The notes beneath the pieces were generated by a model. It saw nothing but the letters and a program-made list of their open reading frames with translations. It was not told where the DNA came from and did no database searches. A DNA stretch of 64,000 nt, from positions 99,448,001 to 99,512,000 of the forward strand of contig NC_042997.1 of the NCBI RefSeq assembly GCF_006345805.1, read 5' to 3'. Made by a program: the position numbers and the translations under genes. This document shows, piece by piece, positions 51,586-63,957 of this stretch. Position 1 is the first letter of the stretch. Every line of letters begins with the position of its first letter. Origin of the DNA: Octopus sinensis. Lineage: Eukaryota.

Positions 51586-52930
51586 TAGTTTTATTTTTAT
51601 AGCGTGCTTTCACTTCACTACCGAGCGCAGCTCTGTGTGCCTTGGGTATGTGCTGTGATTTGTTGTGATGCTCTGATGGTTATTGTATGGAAAGTGTTCT
51701 GCGTAGGATGTGTGCAGTGCCTAGTAGTGCAATTTTCTGTATGTTATATGTGTTTGTAAGTCCTGGTGTTTTTGTTATGTATTTGTCTGAGTATTTTTTT
51801 ATCATGCCTAATGCACCTACTATGATAGGAATTGTTTCTGTTTTCAGGTTCCACATTCTAGTTACCTATATTTCCAGGTCTTTGTATTTTGAGAGTTTCT
51901 CCATTTCTTTTAGAGAAACGTTGTCATCTGCCGGTATTGATACATCAATTAAAAAGCATTTTTTTCTTCATGATCTCTGACAACTATATCTGGTCTGTTG
52001 GCCTTAATTTCTCTATCTGTGTGTATCGGCATACCCAGAGTATGGTTGCTTTCTCGTTTTCTGTGACCTTTTCTGGTGTGTGCCTATACCATCTTTTTTC
52101 TGTTGTTATTCCATAATGTTGGCATAGCTTCCAATGTATGTAGGTTCCAACTCTGTCGTGTCTGTGAATATATTCCTTCTTAGCCAGGACTGGGCAGCTA
52201 GAGATAATATGATTTATTGTTTCTTGTCCATCTCCACATATTCTGCAGTTACTTGTAATATTTCTTTTCATTACATGTTTTTGGTAATTTCTGGTGGGGA
52301 GGCTTTGGTCTTGTGCTGCAATTAAAAATCCCTCTGTTTCTGCTTTGAGTCCTGAGCTTCTCAACCATTGCTGGGATTTTTCTTTGTCTATTTCTTTTGC
52401 GTTTAGTTTAGTGCAGTATTTACCATGAAGGGGCTTTTCTTGCCATCGTTTTATCATGGCTCGTTGCTGTTCTATTTTTAGTTTGGATTTCATTTGTTTT
52501 ATAGCTTTTGTTGTTTCTTCATCATCTTCTTCTTCTTCTTTGTGTTTATTAGGTGGTATGATTTCTTGTTTGTATTTGTCAGCTTCCTTAAATACTGAGA
52601 ACAGTTTTTTGTTTTGCTCGTGTTTTGCTGCTATCTGGATCAGTTTTCCTTCCTTCTGAAGTAGGTATTTTTGCAGTCCTATGGTGGTTATTTTATAGTA
52701 GTTTTCCAGCTGTATAAGGCCTCTACCACCTTCTATACGTTGTATATATAGTCTTTCTATGTCAGATTTTGGGTGATGCATCCTAGATCCTGTCAGTATT
52801 TTTCTTGTTTTCCTATCTATTTTGGACAGTTCATTTCGTGTCCAGTTAAGGATATTGTAGCTGTAACTTATAACTTGGACAGCTAAAGTGTTGATACCTA
52901 TTATCTTGTTTTTAGCATTGAGCTCTGTTG
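51583..52930 (-). mobile_element. 5'-truncated R4/Dong-clade non-LTR retrotransposon (RT C-terminus, CCHC, restriction-like endonuclease); pseudogene
   Basis: ORF 51984-53138: HPKSDIERLYIQRIEGGRGL, AAQDQSLPTRNY, CRICGDGQETINHIISSC, RHDRVG. A 1-nt deletion after ATILW restores MPIHTDREIKANRPDIVVRD..LIDVS..EKLSKYKDL; one premature TAG; stop at about 51680; (TAA)n at both ends. Confidence 0.95.
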
Positions 52931-52960
52931 TTATTATTATTATTATTATTATTATCATCA

Positions 52961-53015
<55 letters not shown>

Positions 53016-53020
53016 CATCA

Positions 53021-53094
<74 letters not shown>

Positions 53095-53099
53095 GTCGT

Positions 53100-53345
53100 T
53101 GTTGTTGAGTCCTTGGGAACAGTGTCAGGAGGCACCAAGAAGAATATAAAGGTGATTGGAATAGAATGCCCAGTAGAACTGTCACAAAAAGTCTGCCTCC
53201 TTGCACGGCCAGGTTAATCAGAAATGTATTAGATAGCTTACAAGAACAGATAGCATGGTACCGTAGGCTGCAGGTAGTAAGCCCGCTATGCATGCAAGTC
53301 TTCAAGACCTTCAACAAATCCTGTGATGGAAATTCTTAGGTTTTA
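53100..53345 (+). mobile_element. R4/Dong-like LINE extreme 3' end (third subfamily)
   Basis: VVESLGTVSGGTKKNIKVIGIECPVELSQKVCLL..IRNVLD matches the conserved VGALG..LQKxxLLGTAxIxRxVL terminus. Confidence 0.7.
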
Positions 53346-53363
53346 TTAATACATCACAACATA

Positions 53364-53528
53364 GGCGCAGGAGTGGCTGTGTGGTAAGTAGCTTGCTTAC
53401 CAACCACATGGTTCCGGGTTCAGTGCCGCTGCGTGGCACCTTGGGCAAGTGTCTTCTACTATAGCATCAGGCCGAACAAAGCCTTGTGAGTGGATTTGGT
53501 AGACGGAAACTGAAAGAAGCCCGTCGTA

Positions 53529-53560
<32 letters not shown>

Positions 53561-53574
53561 CATGTGTGTGTGTG

Positions 53575-53616
<42 letters not shown>

Positions 53617-53815
53617 TGGTTTGTCTGTGTTTGTCCCCCTAGCATTGCTTGACAACCGATGCTGGTGCATTTATGTCCCCGTCACTTAGCGGTTCGGCAA
53701 AAGATACCGATAGAATAAGTACTAGGCTTACAAAGAATAAGTCCCGGGGTCGAATTGCTCGGCTAAAGGCGGTGCTCCAGCATGGCCGCAGTCAAATGAC
53801 TGAAACAAGTAAAGG
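53364..53815 (+). mobile_element. Family-B tRNA-derived SINE, full length, with internal TA/TG microsatellite
   Basis: GGCGCAGGAGTGGCTGTGTGGTAAG..GGTTCAGTGCC; CORE-like GGCACCTTGGGCAAGTGTCTT; tail GGCGGTGCTCCAGCATGGCCGCAGTCAAATGACTGAAACAAG. Confidence 0.92.
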
Positions 53816-54312
53816 AGTAGAGAGAAAGTATATGTTCCTGCATCCCACCTGTCCTTTTGATATGATTTTTTCATATTCATAAGATATTATTTAAGATTAT
53901 TAATATTTATGAATCTGATGTTTTTGACGTCAATTACAAGGTAGATGTCTCTTCAGGTGCCACAGCTACTTATGTGTGTGTGTTTGTGTGCGTGTGTGCG
54001 TGCGTTTGTGCGTGTGTGTGTGTATGTTTGTGCCTGTATGCGTTTGTGAGTTTGTGAATGTGTGCGCTTGCATGCATGCGTGTATGTGTGTGTTTGTGCA
54101 AGTGTGTGTGTGTGTGTGTGTGCTCGTTGTTAGGCTATAATAAAGACAGTTTTACATTTTGGTAGATTACAAATTTATTATTATTTAACAAGAGTAGTAT
54201 TCATTGTGACTTCGAAGTTTAGGCCCGCTAACTCATCATCGGACAGTCCGATGATGGTTTAGCTGTCAAAGTCACTGTCAAAAGAAAGAAAGAGAGAGAG
54301 AGATATATACAG

Positions 54313-54345
<33 letters not shown>

Positions 54346-54374
54346 TGTATGTATGTATGTATGTATGTGTGTGT

Positions 54375-54880
54375 GAGTTGTGTCAGGTCACTTTCGAGTG
54401 CTACTGGTAACATGTAACCCAGTACAACCTGTTACATGGTCGGGTCGCCGGCGACTAAACTGGCAACCCCACCAAGCTTGCTTGGTGAGGAGGGTGTTTA
54501 TTGGACACCCTGCGGGATGAAAAACAAAACCCGTCAAAGGGCGGAGGAACTCTTGAGAGTCAACGGCCATCCAATAAATGTCTTAGAGCTGTATCATGCG
54601 CGGGGACATAGAAATAATCGGACTGAATACCCGATCGCGTGGTTAAACCATTGGGAGTGAAGGGCTCCTAGCCTTTGTTAGGGCATCCTTCTAGGAGAAG
54701 GTAACTCAGGTAACTGGGATAACTCCGACATAAAACCTGCGGCTCAGTGGTTACTGATGATGTTGACTTCTTCTTTTCGGATTATGGCTGCTGTTGCTCA
54801 GTGAGTGAGATTGACTCAGTGCACAGCCTTTCCTCACTTAAAAAAATATCTTCTTGCACAGGCATTGCACGATAACAACA
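54375..54880 (+). mobile_element. RTE-clade LINE 5' UTR fragment
   Basis: AGGGCATCCTTCTAGGAGAAGGTAACTC..TAAAACCTG resembles the RTE/BovB-type 5' UTR motif (recalled); GC-richer than flanks; HDV-like fold at its 5' end. Confidence 0.6.
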
Positions 54881-55250
54881 TTGATTAAGCTTCGTGCAAT
54901 GACCATACTCAATAACGAGGGGGCAGCCACCATGTGTGTGAGTATACTTAGTATTTCTTGATAGTAGAATATATATGCGCATGCGCTTGTTTGTTTATAT
55001 ATATAAGTTGTTTTACGTAATATCACCAGACTAGAAGCATTTCCAACTGTATGACTCAGGCTATTTCTAAAAAGCTATAGACTTATCGTCGAAATCACAT
55101 ATAATAACATTTATTTCTTCCCGTCTAAACATCAATTTATATATAAAATTACATTAAACAATGTCGCTATATGTCTGCAATCATACATTGGGAAAAATCG
55201 ATTTGATATCGTTAGATAAAATTTTCCCTGTTGATATATATATATATATT

Positions 55251-55289
<39 letters not shown>

Positions 55290-55699
55290 CAAACACTCAC
55301 AAACACACACAAATACACACACATACACACACATACGCATACTATACAACTTGACAAGTATCTCGTCAGTTTAGCGACCTCGTTTTGAATTTTACAGATA
55401 TTATTCATTGCAGCTAGCAATGGTAAGAGTAGAGACAGCCGATTGCGATTTTAGATTTTCGTTCAAAATGAATGAAGTACAGAATGTGTGTAGTTTCTGT
55501 TTTATACATGCGCATAAATACACAGTCGGAGGTATTAGCTTTTTGACATGGTAAAGTATATGAAGTTATGGTTGTACAGTTCGTACAACAGAATTCTTAA
55601 ATACAAGCAGGCACCATAGATGTTTCTAGAACCATAGCTTGCAAAGTTACAGCAATCTTATTAATCGTAAGCGTTTAAACTACTTCTGCACGAGTTGAC

Positions 55700-56085
<386 letters not shown>

Positions 56086-56254
56086 TTGTAAAAGATATTT
56101 CAAACACACACGAAGACGTATCGTCACCCCACCTGCATCAGATATGCCATGGAAATATCATCTTGCGATGAGGTGGGACAATCAAATTAACAAAAAATGA
56201 CAAAAATTTCTATAAAGCTACACTCACTCTAAACCAACCACATAATCACAACAA

Positions 56255-56520
56255 CCTTACTGAAACCACTTCCACACCAAACACAGACAAATCCACTAAA
56301 GCAATGAAACCATATTGCACGCTCTAGCGCAGTGTCCGAGAATTGTTGAGTTGTGAAATAGTGTGAAATAAAATTGTTCCCACGTTTAGGGCGAATCCGG
56401 CCGTCGGCCGAGTCCTTCGTGAGGATCTCCCCACCACTCGCTTTTAATAAGGTGGGGAAGGCAGTGTTCCTCTGTCTAGTGGCTATGGCAAAATGTTTTT
56501 ATAGAAGAACTGAAACCGAG
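56255..56520 (+). mobile_element. Tx1/L1-clade LINE ORF2 C-terminal relic
   Basis: NETILHALAQCPRI..LGRIRPSAESFVRISPPLAFNKVGKAVFLCLVAMAK; homologous to 16.65-16.9 kb. Confidence 0.75.
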
Positions 56521-57415
56521 TCAGCTTATCTCTCCTCTAGCGACGCCCATTGCATTTAGCTTTATTAACAATCACTCGAACGGCTATTGCATCCACATTT
56601 GCGGATTTGTAGCAACTAAACCATATTACCTTATTTTGAATCCAGTAATTTATAATATCTCTCTTTACTAGAATTTCTTTTCGCTCCATCGACAGATGAG
56701 TGATTAATGTTATGTCGATTAATGTTGCGTTGGTTAAGCAGAATAATCGAAAACAAAATAGATATGTACGGAAGAGATAACATATCACTAATATCTCCAG
56801 TTGATGCAAACGTCATACCAAGCAGATGAGGAAACAGGAGATGACTTTCTCAATCTTAACTGAGAAGAAAAATTAAATCGAGAGATTACTCAAAAGCCGA
56901 ACCGAATGAACTCAAACTAGCTTGATAGATTAGTAGGAAGCTTATACAATGATTCCGCCAGCTTAACTACCGAAATGCAATAATGCAGATGATCTAATAG
57001 GTTAGTTGGGGGAGAAGATCAGGCGTATATATGAGGGGAGTAGGTATTGACATATAGCAGCCATAACTATCTATACTGAATACTGGAATAAAGCGACTGA
57101 TACAGACGGCCGTATTTCTGTCTTGTTCTAACAACAGTAATTCATCCTTACACAAGATGTGTTCTCAGGAAACACTGAGATGAATATTGCTGGCCAGTAG
57201 AACGTTCTTCTGCTATCCATCGGTTCTGGTGAATGCGGAAGAAAAACTTCACTTCTCTCAGTGATATATATTTTAACATGAATAAACAGTTGGTACGTCT
57301 ACGGTTTTTGCAAATACTGAATACATATTTTTTATATATATTCTTTACTTGGACTGTACCTGTGGACTTGGATACTTGACATCCCTTTGAAGGATTTTTT
57401 CGGTCCTCACCTCTT

Positions 57416-57457
<42 letters not shown>

Positions 57458-57496
57458 GGAGTTGAACGAAGATTGAACAGAAATCGTTTTATTGCA

Positions 57497-57576
57497 TTCT
57501 ACACGTGTTTCGAAAGCCACAATTTACCAAATTCCGATTGAATAAGGAGACCATATTGTGTCTTTCTCTTCAGGAA
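57497..57576 (-). ncRNA. Type I hammerhead ribozyme motif (left arm)
   Basis: Mirror image of 57693-57772. Confidence 0.85.
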
Positions 57577-57692
57577 GAAATAGGAAATCCGTTGGCAAAA
57601 ACAGTTTGGCCATGGGCTCTTAGGAGCCTCGTTCGATTTGTTTTGCTGCGCCTCTGTTCTGTTTTTGTTTTTGCCAACGGATTTCCTATTTC

Positions 57693-57772
57693 TTCCTGAA
57701 GAGAAAGACACAATATGGTCTCCTTATTCAATCGGAATTTGGTAAATTGTGGCTTTCGAAACACGTGTAGAA
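57693..57772 (+). ncRNA. Type I hammerhead ribozyme motif (right arm)
   Basis: TTC-CTGAAGA-GAAAGACACAAT..ATTGTGGCTTTC-GAAA-C ACGT GTA-GAA, followed by AATAAA. Confidence 0.85.
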
Positions 57773-57983
57773 TGCAATAAAACGATTTCTGTTCAATCTT
57801 CGTCCAACTCCATTTCTTCAATTCACTAATAATATTAAAATTCAATTATCCGCACCAACGCATGGTTGCAACACCATATGGTTGTACCTCCAACCGTGCT
57901 GTCTTCTGCTGTGATTTTTGCTACCAAGGTATCGGTTAAACTTTTGATTAATCTGCAACAAGATTATTCATCTTTCTATTTCA

Positions 57984-58024
<41 letters not shown>

Positions 58025-58445
58025 TATGCATATATACATACATATATGTACATACCTACATCTATATGTATATATACATGCATATATGGGTACTGGATAT
58101 TGAACACAATGAGAAACGAAAACATAAAAACGAAAATATGGAAACGAACTTTTTTTTCAAACAACGAAAAAGCAGAGTACAAGACATACAGCACAAGAAA
58201 TATTCCCCTTCTTCAGTTGTCCCTGTTTCGTCTACTCTGCGTTCGAAGGTAAGGACAAGACGCGATTCTTTGAAACAGTCCTTCCCGCAAAGCAAATTAA
58301 ATGAAATTTGGGATTTTTTGTGGAGGGGTAAAAGTGGTAAAAAGAACAGGACAGTAAGAACAAAACAAGAGAGTAAAAACAATACAAGTAAAAACAGTAA
58401 TAGACAGGACTCTGTGTGTATATATATATATGTATATATATATAT

Positions 58446-59306
58446 GGGGCTGGCCGAGTTGGAGCAAATATCAGAATTGAACAGCCGAAATTTGCTATGA
58501 TGATTCGGTGTCTGACTGAAGATTGAAGGCTTCGAATGATTTGTCTGTGTTCCGTGTTCGTCCCTTCCTGTATTTCACGTTCTTTATATATAAAACATTT
58601 ATTCTTATATTATTGCGGCGTTACGTGCACCCCCCCCCCCGTTTGTTTGTCCAATTTTAAACCCTGCACGACTTCTATACACTTTGTCTTTCCTACCCGC
58701 CATTGCTTCTTTACCAAACTATTTTGGCGCCCTCCGATTCTTCCCCCCTCTTCCTCCCATCCTCCTTAATCCCTTCTTTCTCCTTTTCTCTTGCTCACTG
58801 ATTCTGTCCCCTGCCTTCCACCCTCTTTGATTCCCTCTCTCTCTGTCTCTCTTTCTCTCTCTCTCCTGCAACCTGCTGCTTCTTAACCATTCTGTTGGCG
58901 ATCGTATCTCGACCAACATGTGTCCCCTCTACCGAAACGGTAATTATTTCTACGCCAGCTGCTATGTTGTTGTTGTTTTTGTCTCATCTGGTCTAAAGTC
59001 GTAAAACAACCATCGTTATATTTTGTTTATCCATTACTGTTTTCAATTTCGTTTTCGTCTCTTGTATTTACATCCGTCTCGTGTGTTCACATTCCTGTCT
59101 TCTACCAAGAAATCTAATGCTTACAGCTTAGTTTTTTTCTTGGGGCTGGCCGAGTTGGAGCAAATATCAGAATTGAACAGCCGAAATTTGCTATGATGAT
59201 TCGGTGTCTGACTGAAGATTGAAGGCTTCGAATGATTTGTCTGTGTTCCGTGTTCGTCCCTTCCTGTATTTCACGTTCTTTATATATAAAACATTTATTC
59301 TTATAT
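58446..59306. mobile_element. About 165-bp identical direct repeats (58446-58610 and 59142-59306) around a 530-bp spacer; pLTR-like partial tandem
   Basis: GGGGCTGGCCGAGTTGGAGCAAATATCAG..AAACATTTATTCTTATAT occurs twice, 696 bp apart. Confidence 0.75.
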
Positions 59307-59383
<77 letters not shown>

Positions 59384-59389
<6 letters not shown>

Positions 59390-60042
59390 GTCCATAAAGT
59401 CTCTTTACAATTTTAAAATTTTATTACAAAGGCAGTTGACAAGATATCTTAACCAGATTTGTTTTATCGTAATAATTGTTTATTAAATTTTTTTAACAGT
59501 TATTTAATAAACCTCAATATAACCACCATTAGTTGTGCAAAGCACATCAAGACGGTACTCGATTTCTTGCCATGTTCGCTGTAGGATAGCCACATCAACG
59601 GTGGCAATGGCATTACGAATCCTTTGCTTCAAGTCAGCAATGTCCCGTATCTTTGTTTGATACACGATATCTTTTACATAACCCGATAAAAAGAAGTCCA
59701 AAGGAGTGATATCGTTCGAACGCAGTGGTCATGAAATTGCACGAATTGGAGGACAGGATGGTTGATCTCTTCCATAGTTCTGTAGTTTCGTTGAGTCTGA
59801 ACATCCGATTTTGTCTCAATAGAGCAGGATACACATTGTGCCTTTTCATGAGGAGTAGCCATTTTATAGGGGTTCAGTGTATCAGTTCCCTTCCATCAAC
59901 AGAGTATCTGAAACATAAAAATTTAACTTCAATAAAAACTTTAATAAACAATTATTAAAATAAAATAAATCGGTTTAAAATATCTCATCAACTGCCTTTG
60001 TAATAATTTTTTAAATTGTAAAGAGACTTTATGGACACCCTG
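59384..60042 (-). mobile_element. Internally deleted Tc1/mariner (IS630-Tc1-mariner) element with intact TIRs
   Basis: AGGGTGTCCATAAAGTCTCTTTACAATTT..ATTACAAAGGCAGTTGA mirrored at the right end, TA flanks; N-terminus MATPHEKAQCV..ETKSDVQTQRNYRT fused to C-terminus RSNDITPLDFFLSGYVKDIVY..LKQRIRNAI; catalytic core missing. Confidence 0.92.
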
Positions 60043-60050
60043 TATATATA

Positions 60051-60091
<41 letters not shown>

Positions 60092-60727
60092 ATACACATA
60101 TATATCTACATATGTATATGCATGTATATATGCGAGTACGCATGCATGTATATTTTCGTGTGTATATGTGTGAACATGTTAGCGTTTGTGTCGTATACTT
60201 TGACTACCGGTGTTGATTTGTTCTCGTCCACATAAAAGCCAAAAACAAAGACCGATAGAATAAATATCAAAGAGAAAATAAGAAAGTACCAAAAAGCAAA
60301 ATAAGTCGTCGGGTTAATTTGATCAACTGAAATCCTTGAAGGTGGTGCTGAAGCATGGCCACAAAACAATGGCTTAAACTAGTAAAATGATAAGAGAATA
60401 TCATTCCGAGCATTATCGTCTGCCACATGAACGAATGATCTTCATGTCGTCTGATCAATCGGGCGTCCAAACCGAGTGTCGATATTTTGTATATTATGAT
60501 ATAACTTTTATACTGTATCGAAGATGCTAAATACACTAAGCTATCAGTTTCTCACGTCTTACACGTTTATTTATTTTAGCTTTTCTCTTATCAGGAATAA
60601 CTAATGAGGAATTTCTCTTGATTTGTTTCACAACTTGATGGCGCCTACATCTTCCATGTTAATGTAATTTACTTTACAGTAAGAAAAAGGCGAGAGAAAA
60701 ACAGGAAAAAGGATTAACAGAGAAATA

Positions 60728-60768
<41 letters not shown>

Positions 60769-61249
60769 AGAAAGAAATAGTAGTTACATGTTGAAACGAG
60801 AATAAATGAAAGAAAGAATATACAGAATATAGAAAAGAGTGGAAGAGAGAGAGATGTAGAATAAGAATAATACGATAAAAGAAAGAGTAGAAGGAAGCGG
60901 AGACAAATGGAGAGAAGAGGTAATCGGGGACATATAGAGTGATATTGGATGGGAGAGACAGAGAGAGACAGACGGGCAGGCAGAGAGAGTTTTAGAAGGC
61001 GAATGTGTGTGGGAAGGAGATAGATAACGATGAAATTAATTTGATAGAGAGGCAAAGAGAGACAGGGAGAACCAGACAGAGAGAATGAGTGAGGAAAAGA
61101 GAGAAGGGAAGAGAGAAAGAGTGACAGAAAGAGAGAAGGAGAGATAACTAAAGATAAACGAAGCAAAAAAGAAAGAAAAGAAGAGAAAGGCAATAACAAA
61201 ATAATAGAAAAAGGAAAACAGAAGAGGGAGGGAGATGGAAGGATATATG

Positions 61250-61440
<191 letters not shown>

Positions 61441-62144
61441 AGACAGAAATATACACACATACATATATACATACATGCATACACAGACAGACAGACAAAT
61501 AGAGAGAGAGAGAGAACGAGAAAGCGGGATGCAAGATGTGAACTCAGAATTGATTTTCCAGTTAGAGACGAACGGTTGGAGTAGAAAAAAATGAATGAAA
61601 AGAAACTCTCCATAAGAACAAAAAACAACATTACTAGCAATATAATTATTTGCCCGCTGACATAATAGTGTAATAGTAGTTTTATCAAGTTCATAATAAA
61701 GAATAACTAAAAGATACTAAAAGAGAAAAAAAAACTAAAACAGAAAAATAAAACGAACTAAGAAGAAAGCTATCGAAGTATAATATATCCCACTGACAAA
61801 TACAGGAAGCAAACACAAGGGGAAAAAGTGAAGACTAACTTGTACACAATTTGTGGAGAAAAACAAATTAAGATTGTTAATTTAGCCATGTACCGACAGA
61901 AAACAAACTCTAGATGAATGATTTCATTCTTTAGTTATTACGATTTTTGTATTTTGTTTTATTCTTGGTTTGTTAGTTTTGTTTTTTGTTTCGTTTTCTT
62001 TTATTATTTTCTATTAATATATATCTTTTCTCACTGGTTACACAACTTTTTTTGTTTTTGAAAGATAAAATAACTGATCAGAACATTTGGATAAAATGTA
62101 TTTTCATGTATGCAAATCTCGGAGCGACACATCGTTACGCACGC

Positions 62145-62175
<31 letters not shown>

Positions 62176-62261
62176 TGTATGTATGTATGTATGTATGTGT
62201 GTGTATGTATGCATGAATGTATGTGTGTATGTATATGTGTGTACGTATGTTTGTATGCATG

Positions 62262-62304
<43 letters not shown>

Positions 62305-62348
62305 ACATATCTATATAAATGCATTAATTAAATAAATATGTGTGTATG

Positions 62349-62397
<49 letters not shown>

Positions 62398-62589
62398 TAA
62401 ATAAATAAATAATATAGATATATATATATATAAACATACATACATATACATACATATATATATATATATATATACACACATACATATATATATATGTGTG
62501 TGTGGAGAGAGAGAGAGAGAGAGAGTGTGTGTGTGTGTGTGTGAGAGAGAGCTAAATAGATAGATAGGTAGATAGATAGATAGATAGAT

Positions 62590-62694
<105 letters not shown>

Positions 62695-63923
62695 GGTGCC
62701 CCAGCATGGCCACAGCTCGTGAGCTGAAACTAGATAAAATATTAAAAAATATATGAAATATATATATATATATATAGGAACACGCATGCATACACACACT
62801 CACACACACCCACACATGTGGAGAATATATATATATAACGATGTCGATGTCGAATTGATTTTTTTTTAACCATGTATCATCGTAGGCATATAGAGGCATT
62901 GTTTAATGTAATTTTAAATATATAAATTGATGTTTAGACGGGAAGAAATAAATGTTATTACAAGATGTGATGTTGATGATAAGTCTACAGCGGTTTAGAA
63001 TAGCCTGAGTCATACAGTTGGAAACGTTTCTATTCAGATAGAATCTAAAACAACTTGTTTGATTTTATCTAAGACAAGCGAGGGTGCGAATTTCTAAATC
63101 GCTTTGGTATGCGTGTGCATGTGCGTGCGTGCATGTATGTGTGTATGTATGTACGTATCTATACGTATATATGTAAATGTACGCATGTATATATGAATAT
63201 CTGTTGACACACACACATACATATATGTATATATACATACATACATATATATGTATATACATACGTATACGTCTACACGTGTCTATTTGCATACATACAT
63301 ATATATAGATAGATAGATGCATATATTCGTTTATATCTGTGCGTGTATGTGCGCACGCGTGTGTGTGTGGTATAGCGATTCAAGGAATTAAACACAGTTC
63401 GCAGTAAACTCTCCGACTGGTGCGTGACTACCAAAAACAGCTATTGTTAAAGCTAGGATGTCATCTCAGCATCGTTCTGAAAATCCAGCAATCACAATGG
63501 TGGGGAGTATGTATAAAAATTGACCAGATAAGAGAAACGAAGTAACAGAATAGATGTTTATTCAATTGACAACGGGTTTGCAACCTATGTTAGATGCATC
63601 GACATACACACAACACACATATGCATGCATGTATATATATATATATATATATAATATATATATTATATATATATATATATATATGCATATATTCTTTTAT
63701 ACCTGTGCGTGTATGTGCGCACGCGTGTGTGTGTGTATAGCGATTCAAGGAATTAAACACAGTTCGCAGACCGATAGAATAAGTACTAAAAGGTGGTGCT
63801 CCAGCATGGCCGCAGTCAAATGACTGAAACAAGTAAAAGAGAGTAAAAGAGAGTATATATATATACCCATAGATCGTTAGCCACTACACACATTTTTTTC
63901 TCTCCTTGTTTTTTCTGTGTCCC

Positions 63924-63957
63924 TTTCTGTAGAAGAGCGTAGGCTCGAAACATAAAA
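63924..63957 (+). ncRNA. Degenerate hammerhead motif in a pLTR-like repeat
   Basis: TTT-CTGTAGA-A GAGC GTAG GCTC-GAAACATA-AAA; core A>T change and probable CpG decay in stem III. Confidence 0.55.

Larger units (their letters stand above)
57453..57816. repeat. 150-bp inverted repeat (1 visible mismatch, 64-bp spacer) of Penelope-like pLTR sequence
   Basis: 57453-57602 is the reverse complement of 57667-57816. Confidence 0.93.

Noticed and set aside
54234-54256. CATCATCGGA-CAG-TCCGATGATG hairpin
   Set aside because: Isolated 10-bp stem with no supporting context; compatible with chance or a local fold-back.
56830-57400. Possible solo LTR (AATAAACAGTTGG motif)
   Set aside because: No TG..CA ends, TSD, PBS or second copy identified.
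58200-58240. Permuted hammerhead (GAAAC..CTGAAGA on the minus strand)
   Set aside because: No NUH triplet or stem I between the two core halves.
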